Of a stretch of 64,000 nucleotides of DNA, positions 54,901 through 64,000 are shown piece after piece; positions within the stretch are counted from its first letter, which is position 1, and each line of letters opens with the position of its first letter. The stretch is from Balanoglossus misakiensis (Eukaryota > Animalia > Hemichordata): contig CM082578.2 of assembly GCA_040954595.2 (NCBI GenBank), forward strand, positions 11,353,166 through 11,417,165. The letters run 5' to 3'. The translations under genes and the position numbers were made by a program. The notes below the pieces were generated by a model. It had not been told where the DNA came from. It was given only the letters and a program-made list of their open reading frames with translations, and did not search any database.

Positions 54901-57900
54901 TGGCCCTATAAGCTAATCATGGCTATTCACACCTGCGATTTCTATTGTTTAAAGCTCCATTAAGTTAATTTTTGGTCATTTACCAGAATATCTATTTATT
55001 CTGTGCAACAGCTGGAGCTTCGTGTTCTATTCCCTACGCCGGAATCATGGCAATTAAAACAACCCATTTTTTTTTTAATTCTCAGCTTTCTTATTGTCGA
55101 AAATTAAATTTAAATCCGGACTTCCATTCACTTATCAACGATAACAAGTGCCACGGTATATTTCCAAGCTATTGGTGGTAGAACAGCTCAACGCTCCAGC
55201 TTTCTATTCAGAACAAAACACTGGAAAGGGGTAATTATTAAGATGCAGCTACTATGCATTTAATGTTACTGCTGACCGTAACTTCAAACTTGGCTGAGGG
55301 TCTCTGCCAGTCCACAATCTCTGTGACCAATCACGGCCGTCGTACTAGAGTACTAGTATTCCCTTGACAACGAAGAAGACATCCAAAAATGTCAGCACGA
55401 ATTTCGCTCTTGATCGCGGTTACATTTAAAATAAATTTAGCGCGGGGAAATCCACAGTCCCTTTTATCGTGATGCACACATCCTGAAGTCTACAGGACAA
55501 CAATGAAAAAGTTTGACTGTTTGCGTTGACATCGGCAACAACAGCGATTCCACTCCACTGCCTTTTTTGCACACGGGAGCGCCTGGCGGAGACCCTCTAC
55601 ATCTGTTGAGTACCGGGCGGGGGTTTAGCTTGTGGCTCGGATTTCAACAGTTAAATTTCTTAAGTAGTTTGGAGTCGGTGTTATCAAACTATTGTTTCTG
55701 ATGTGCAGAAGGGGGGACAATGGAAGTATGTGCGCGGGTGTGCGTACATAACCAGGACAGCGATTTAATTTATTATGTTGCGTCTGGAAACAAAATCTCC
55801 GCATGAATTACTCAGCACTGTAAATATTATGCTGACATTGGACTTAAAATAATTTTTCAGTCGTCTAATCACCCCAGTCTCATAAAATTGTTTTATTTTC
55901 GTTCGAAAACGAGCAGTCCGTGCATTTTCCACGCAAGACCGAACATGATAAATTTTGGGAGGTTTTTTTTTCATACAACTTAAAGCTATATGCCGTTCCC
56001 TGGTGTAGGCCACCCCGCCATTAGGTTACATTAAGTTTTGAATAACAAACATAAGGTTATCGGCGAATTTGTCAAAATTACTCAAATCACGACTGCGTGT
56101 TATTTCAAATACATTTAATTCGGATAGTCCGTCCTTATCAACGTTCCGCTCTGTAATAAGAGCAGCGACTGTGCCGTGAACCATGGAGGAAGCCGGCAAA
56201 AAGTTTCTTCGGCACAGTCCTCACCCATCGTCCTCCTCCGCCCCATATTCCATTAGTTACACTTCTCTTCATTCCGCGTCGACCCAAGGCACTGAAAAAA
56301 ACACCACTCGCTCTTTACAGTTTAGACTCCTCCGGAAAAGCTTCGTCGTTTCATTTTTATTCCCAACATGTCGCAAACCTGCATAAAATAGATACCTATC
56401 TTCAAATTAGCATCAACCGAAAGAAACTGCCATTAGTAGCGTCAGGCCCTTTTTCGAGGAAACAAACAACGAACGCCGAGTTCCAACTTACGCACTCCCT
56501 AAAAAAATGAAAAACAGGCCACCTTCCAAAACTATATTTTTGTTAATTTTTCGATTCGAGCATTTCGTTTGGGATTTAATTAATAGGTCATTTGAAGTCC
56601 ATCAAATGGGTGGTCGCCTGACTGCTGTATTTTCAATTATGACTGCCGTCTGCAGCACCATGTGAAACTTTCGCTCTGGGTATAGCCATATCACTTTGTG
56701 CTATCATGTACATGGCCGTGGGCTATGTCTCCGTGTTCATACGAATTTAAAAGAAAACATATTGTTTAAGGGGCTCGAGTTTCTCTGTGTAAACATATTC
56801 GCAGTATTTTGTACTTTGTGCCTGAACGCGAAACTGCGTTTTGAAGCACTCTTTTATCCGTTTAACGCGCGCTGCTGGCTGAGACGACAGGTATGAAGCA
56901 AGCAGGCGCGACGATATTGAATGTCGTAAGCCATTTCGGTTGTAACACCACGCCGACCCATTATGCAGATTATCTAAACTGGAGTTTCGTGTTCTACAGT
57001 GAACGGTTCGTTACGCAGTTTTAAGCACGTGTGGCAAGTCGGTGGTTTCAGGGTGTTTTCGTGAAGTACGGGGGCTTGCTGGTCAAGTGCCGCGATCAGA
57101 GATTGGCGATATGTGTGCGAGCGCCGTGCCCGTGTCTTGTGTATGCACAGCACGGCGTGTGGAAGGGAGGGGCGAGTGTGACAGGGGCGTAGGTACTGTC
57201 TCGTCGAGACGCAGCGTCGCCAAGTCTCGATTGGGTCACAGACGCTGCTCTGGTAACTCACGGATTTCAAAGCGATACCGCTGACACTTAGAAAACAAAA
57301 ACTGAAATTTAGTACCAATCGAGGCCGTCATAGGGGAGATAAAGGTTAAAAGAGGGACGCCAGAAAATGACGGACTTGCAAACGACTGCGCTTCGCAGGG
57401 TGGCGGGGATTGCGATAACTTAACGCCGAGTGTGCTGCATTTCATCAACTCGGAGGGCTCTTAGAGCAATTAGAAGGTTTTCCTCTATGTGTAAAGAAAT
57501 TATCCGTCTCAGATTCGTCTAAACAGCGTTTAAGAAGATTTACTTTATTTACAATAAGTTAGCGATCTTCTTAGCGTACAATACACATTTCCCCATATGT
57601 ACTAAACTGAACCGTGAAGACGGGTTGGTTCGTTACTCTCCTCCCCTCTCCCCTCCCTCCTCAACCCACGACCCCGTCTTCCTTAGAACTCGACAGAATC
57701 GTGATCAGTGGGACGGGAGGTGTATGGATGTAATAAAAAAATCACGTACAGGCTCTACAACCAGATGATCTCAAACGCTGTAAATCACGTTGGATTTTAT
57801 AGTCAGCACGCTGCCTGGCGAGATGTCGTACACGGTACACACAACAAAAGCGTTCCATCATCTGTGAATTTACAACCCGCCAGTATAATTTTCGCCAGAA

Positions 57901-60900
57901 CAACACCGAAATCGACGTACAGCCAACTGTCTTAAGATTCGCTCGACGCCCTTGAGAGTCAGCGCCTCTCATTCATTAAGGTTTCTCGTCTTTCTGGAAG
58001 CAGCCAGTTGCTAATGGTTGGCCACCAATATTGCTAATTCCCATGCATATCATTATAAACCGGGCTTGCCGACCGACGCATGCAGGATCACCGCTGATAT
58101 CCACAGCCAACTCGGGGTCGGCCAGGGCGTCTACGCTGAAACTACGCGAGCGCGTCGCATCAAAACAGTAAGTTGCTCATTTCATATTTTTTTCCGGTGG
58201 AAACTTAAGTCTGATTATACGCACGGGGGATATTATTACCTATAATTCCATTTCTGAAATTATATTAACGGCTCATTTTTAATACCCGAAGATGCCGACA
58301 GCCGAGGGGCTAGAGAGACAGCAATCGACATGCACGAAAACATGTGGGGCTGCAGCTTTCTCATTAAACATGTTAATTTGTGCGTTACCGTGATTTATAT
58401 TATAAAATTTGCTGCAAACGTGCACCTTCTGATTTTAGTCTTTGAGACGAATCCTCCAAAACTATTTCGCTTTTGCAAACAGCCGATCTCACCACCGCAA
58501 CCCTTTCCAGCAGCGAGATACAATTTACAACAACGCGATTTTAGAAACCGATGCAATATTAATATTACATTATCGATACATTATACCATTATTACAAAAA
58601 AGGGTGGACTTGGAAATTATTTTTTGGAGTTAAACAACGCCCGTACAATAAAACAATTCCTATTACTTGTGGGCAGATGAAGTTACCATTTGTGTATGAA
58701 TAATGCAGTACATGCCCCGCCTGGGGTTATTTGATAATATCGGGGATTCCATGTGCCTATAATTCGAATTTTACTGGGTTTTATTTCTTGAGTTAAGTAG
58801 TCCGTAACACGGATCGCTGTAGGAGTTCTCGCACTCCCGGCCCTGATTCGCGTCGCTGTGATGACCAGACGTGAAATATCAGTCGCCGACATACTTGCCC
58901 CCCCCTTCCTCCTCCTCTTTCCACGACGCTCTGTTTACTTGGGCCATATCTCTCATTTTCATGTATCACGTGGGATTGTTGGGGAAATTGATGTGCGGGT
59001 CTTCGATCATTGTCGGCGACAAGACGAGATCAACAGCTCTCTGTAGAGCCCTGATTTTTTTGTGAATGTTCCAATAAAAACAGGAGGTTCTCATTCTCTT
59101 AGTATTTTTTCAATGATGTTTCCTCCTTCATTTTAACTTTTACTTTAACCAAACCTTATTAAGATATCATTGTAAAAAACTACAGCTATAGTGTTGATTA
59201 TAAGTTCCCGCGTTACCTATATGTTTCGAAGGATTCAGATTTCAGACAATGTCAGAGATTCACCAGCCACAGTCCTTGCATTAATGATGGACCGGAAGGG
59301 ATTACTCGCTGCATTCTTTCCGAATGAAATTGAACAAGCCAGATTTAGTCCTTAAATAACAGCACTATACGTATAACAAAGAAGGTATTTTCGATTTTTG
59401 AACAAAAAATTATCCCTTTAATAGACGGCCGCCAAAACGACATACGCTAATTATGGCGATATTTTCGATCATCAGTCTGAAGATATCGGCTGGAATTATA
59501 GTTTTTTATATAGTTGTTTTGTCTTCGTATGTGTGTAAGCTTGTCAAATTTAACCACGTTTCTGTGTTGTCGTAGCCACTGTAGACGGATTCTATGCAGT
59601 CTGGCGTGATTGTCTTGTGTAAAATCTGAATGGTGTAGTTGAAAGTCAAATCGTTCTCTTTTTTTTCTATAAAAAATCTCTGCCCAGTTTGAGAGAATAC
59701 ATCTATACGGAGTGGGCTGGAGTTTATAGGGGTCATTACATGGTATTATGCCAAGTGGCACTATTAGCCAGGGGTGAACAATACCGGGGAAAAGCTAATG
59801 AACTTCGGTACTATTGAGTGAGTATACCGGTTAGTTTTGCGGTCTGCTTGTCCGACAGAAAAGACGGCGTTTGTAAAAGGTTGGTGATCCAATTACGGCA
59901 GCTAAAACATGAATGTAACAGCGACTGCTGAGTGCCAGCCCGTCCACGCCATGCGACGGCTTAGTCGGGCAGAATCCCCGCTTATGCGCCACACAAGAAT
60001 GGGTCGTCGGCTCGCATCTTCACAATTGAATTGTGACGGGCACATTGGAGTCTGGAAGGAGTGTTAGGCACATTAACTGAGGATTTCACTAAGTTGTTTA
60101 TTCAGTCTCTCTCTCTCTTTCTCTCTCTCTACTCCCCCCCCCTCGCCTCCTCCAAGCTTCAGTGCCAACATCCGACCGAAAATCAGACCAGACACTTCTG
60201 AATGAAACTGGGAGATGGCCGCGGGGCTTGGGCTCCGTGATTTTCCCTGGCGATGGACAGACAAGCCAGATCAGTTCAGTTCAGTCAGTGGACATTGAGC
60301 CACCAGCGATGGGATGTCTGACTGAAATTTAGAATAACAAATCTACGCCCCGTCTCTTTGAGCAATTAAATCAAGGTAATCTGAACAGATTTCGCATGAA
60401 AAGTAATGACTTCACTGGTGCACTATGGAAAGCTAAGCATGACGAGATACGGCCCACGTTTTCTACTTCTCGTCCGTCCGTACACCACTCGCCTTTATTG
60501 CGCGAGACAGCACGTCCATTTTCGCAATTTTACAGCAATGCATTCGACATCGGCAATTTTCTGGAAAGAAGAGAAACGCGAAAAAGCAGACCTATACACT
60601 GTCGGTTTCCCGCCTTGTCTGTGCCTATTAATCACACGTCGGTGATTTTGCCACTAGAGGAGAAGCAAGACGGTGTATAATACGCACCACTTCTGTCATC
60701 GACACCATTTTAGGAAACGTCTCCCACACTTCCTTGAGTTTTCCACGGTTGTGTGTCACCGAAGATGAATTGACCGCACCCGCGCGGGGACCCGCGGTGT
60801 CGGCCGCCCATTTTGTCACCAGTGCAATAATGTAAGTGCCCGGGAAAAAGAAAATAGCGCTTGGAAGTGAAGACATGAATCGCAGCACTTGACATATGGC

Positions 60901-63697
60901 TCCGTCGTCAGATTGAGTGTTGCGTGCAGCTCTTCTCCGTACAAGGCTCCGCAATTACTTGTCATATTTCAACATAGCCGTGATTGCGTCTATCGTCACT
61001 TTACCGTCGAACGCGCATCATGCAGACGCGCTAGCTGTTTCGCGTCCCCCCCCTTCTCCCGCGCGCGCACGCCGATTTGGTGTTTCATTTCACTGACTTC
61101 ATGCCTCAGCAAGCTTGAATTTGTTCCGGTCCCCGCGGTCGTTGACGTAAGACGACACAGGAACTGCCAAGTCCCCCGGTTCTTTTTTACTAGACGAGCA
61201 TCTGCTCTTTTTAAGCGCCGTCTTGTGAAATTATTCAAAGAAAATAACATACCACCAAATACAGAAATAAACACTACCCCATAACTCTTCTCAAACCAAT
61301 CTGAAAGGTCTGTGAAAGAAGAGAAAATATGCCCAGCGAAAGAAGTTTGTATTAAAAATGTGTTTCTTCCCTGAATTCCATTTAACTTTTATTTCAGTCC
61401 TTAAACATTTCCACATATAACAGTTAACTGTCGTAAAACTATTCAATGTGTATAGTTTTAACATTATCAACGCAATCGATTTTAATGAATAAATATTTAA
61501 TTTGCAAAACAAAACCGGAGCTAAACACGAGAGGAAAATCAAGAACAAACGAAATAATTAGGATGAATATTTGTGTCGCTTCCTTTGTATTCGTGAAAAG
61601 AGTGCCACACGTTTGTTGTGAAATGCACAGTCATGTATGAAATATCAAGTCGATCCACCTGACAAAGTCAGGTAATCACAATTTGAGATGCGCATATACG
61701 GGCAATTTCGCTGGACATCTAACAGAAACACAGACAGACTTGGTGAATTGTTTTTACTTTGCCGGACTGTTCAACAGCTAACATTCTACGGTCTTCTGAA
61801 ATCTCCCCTGCTTTGCAATTATCGAGATCAGATCAAATTCATAAATTACTGAAATCATACTGCATAGCAGCTGTGACGAGATAAGCACCCCAAGAATGTT
61901 ATCTGGAAAGTGACAAAACACTAATAACGAGGCCGATATCAACGATGATTTGACGCACTGTTTTTTTGAAGAGGAGCCCAGGAAATTGAATTCCTTGTCA
62001 GTTTGATTGAAACTAAGCTGCCGCAGTACTTTTCGTCCGTGCAACAAAGGGGACGTTTTTTGTGGACCTGTGACGAAAGTGATCGATTTGTCAGATAGAC
62101 GAAACGAAATGAGTAACAGGCATGTCTTATCGATGACTTGTATGTTGCCAGTTATGATAGAATTTGTTTCAGAAATAAACATTCCGTCAAAATATAAATC
62201 ACACAGTGACGTCGTCTGCAGTGAGGGTTTTTCGGTGCCAAGTAGATCTGACCGTGATTTATGGCCAGCATGCATTTTGTTTTTGTTTCGGAACAAACAC
62301 ATTATTTAGTAAATCGGTCACGTAGGTAGCTTGTCGTTGGAAAGTTAAATAGCTGCAATTCTTAGAGGATATTTCTTGTGAGTGAATGATATCAGTCGTG
62401 AAACTTTTGGAATTTTTTGTAGAATTTTTCAGAAATAGTACATGTCTCCCTGTGAAGGGAAATGTGATGCAAAAAAATATTATTCTACTAATCGCCATTC
62501 ATTAGCAAGAACATCCCAACAACAACAATAACAACAGCAACGACAACATAAGCTCTGTTGCATTAGAAACAGTGCGTATACAATTGGAATCCATTAACAA
62601 TAACTATTACACAATGCAATGGTAGACAGAACCACTGAATTCAACGCGATTGCTAAATTCGATTCAATTGTCCTTTGTTTGTGGAGGAGACTCCGTCTGC
62701 ACACGCACTTCAGGAGTCTTAACTAGCATAGAACACTTCATCTCCAAAACTTATTGACAAGAAAAGAAATTCCGGGATTCTTTCCACACTAGAGGAGTAA
62801 TTAACAAGCAAACACTTTCGATGGCTTTCTGGTACTGGTTGCAACGTCACAGTCACCAAACCGAAGCAGACGGACGTTTGAAAAAATCAACGTGACTCTT
62901 TTCCAATCGTTTACATCTTGACATCTGAAGTATCTGCAGAGGCCATCATATCAGGTGTGACCTCTCAACTCCAGTTATTTCCTGTTAATTTCACTCCTGG
63001 GTTGCATTTCAGACAATCATAATAAGTTTTTGGTTGTCTGAGGTTATATCTATACCTCTCCACTTCTTGCTTATTTGCCCATTGTCGAGACACCGCGAAG
63101 AGTCTAGACAACAACGATCTTGATAGTCAGCTCTACTAGGTAAATTACTTAGCTCTTAGCACGAAATGCGTCTACGCTTTTGTCTGGTATCTTCGCTGTG
63201 TGTGTGTTTGTGTGTCGTTTTTTCGGCTTGGTATTTTCTTGGAGTGGATTTGCGTGTAACTTGTTCGATCACACTAAATTTAAGAACTTAAGACTGTGAT
63301 TAAGGTCATTTGTTTCATCTCGCATTCAGCACATCGTCACAAAGAAAAAGATGTTGCGGAGATATTTATCTGCCAAATTAAGATCTTAAGTCTAACTATT
63401 TTTCTCCATCTAATCGAAGAGAGTTACTCCTTTATTAAATTGCCGACGTGTGGCTCTCCCGGACTAAGCTCTGCCAAAGAGGCCAAATTAATCGATTGTT
63501 ATTCATATTTAAGTCAAATCGCCCGGTATTCCGCCTCTGAGGCGATGTATGTGCCTACTACTTTAATTGATGTCGGTATAAACCGATTACTCTCGTGATT
63601 GAAGGGATCCATTCTGGTTTTCTGTGTTTCGGTGGGTCAAAAAGATGAAAAATAGCCAAGAAATGACAATGCCACTCTGGCAAATTTCGTTTGAAAA

Positions 63698-63787
63698 TCT
63701 GTCTGTCTGTCTGTCTGTATGTCTGTCTCTCTCTGTCTATCTGTCTCTGTCTGTCTGTCTGTCCCTCTCTCTCTCTCTCTCTCTCTC
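63698..63787. repeat. (TCTG)n/(TC)n microsatellite
   Basis: Visible tandem repeat. Confidence 0.9.
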
Positions 63788-64000
63788 GTTAAATAATTTA
63801 TGCGATTCCCTGATACCATTCTTCTACACGCACACCGTCAACTTATATTCCCAATCATGTCTTTGAATATCAAATCCAAGACTGGGGTGAAACTCGTTCC
63901 ATTTCTTGCTGGGGCGACATCAACGAACTTTCGAAATCGGGAATAAAACTGTACTTACAAATGCATGTCAAAGAATAAACATGCGTCAAAATTTACTTTG

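Noticed and set aside
61778-62302. 174-aa ORF and other short ORFs in 46-64 kb
   Set aside because: No recognisable domains, biased composition and no consistent exon structure.

Overview
Eukaryotic (animal) genomic DNA with spliceosomal introns. Gene content suggests a marine invertebrate deuterostome such as a hemichordate or echinoderm, but this is inference only. Positions 1-46 kb carry seven protein-coding genes: two tail-to-tail 14-coding-exon SLC26/prestin-like anion transporter paralogs, a type II membrane EGF-EGF-C-type lectin, a single-coding-exon LRR-Ig-TM receptor, a CLCA metalloprotease/VWA gene, a divergent TRPC-like channel and an EndoU-family gene. Positions 46-64 kb contain no credible coding sequence and look like a cis-regulatory gene desert. 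Most notable observations: (1) eight tiny 9-37 bp CAT...ATG / CAC...GTG inserts, seven with clear 7-bp direct repeats, one with exactly 17+17-nt arms, matching P-superfamily transposon excision footprints; (2) an intact EndoU gene with two catalytic residues replaced by Arg, a Zn-knuckle-like N-terminus and a GC-AG intron; (3) patchwork gene conversion between the inverted SLC26 paralogs, which differ at anion-site residues and in the PDZ tail. Exon coordinates were derived by eye from splice signals and reading-frame continuity.
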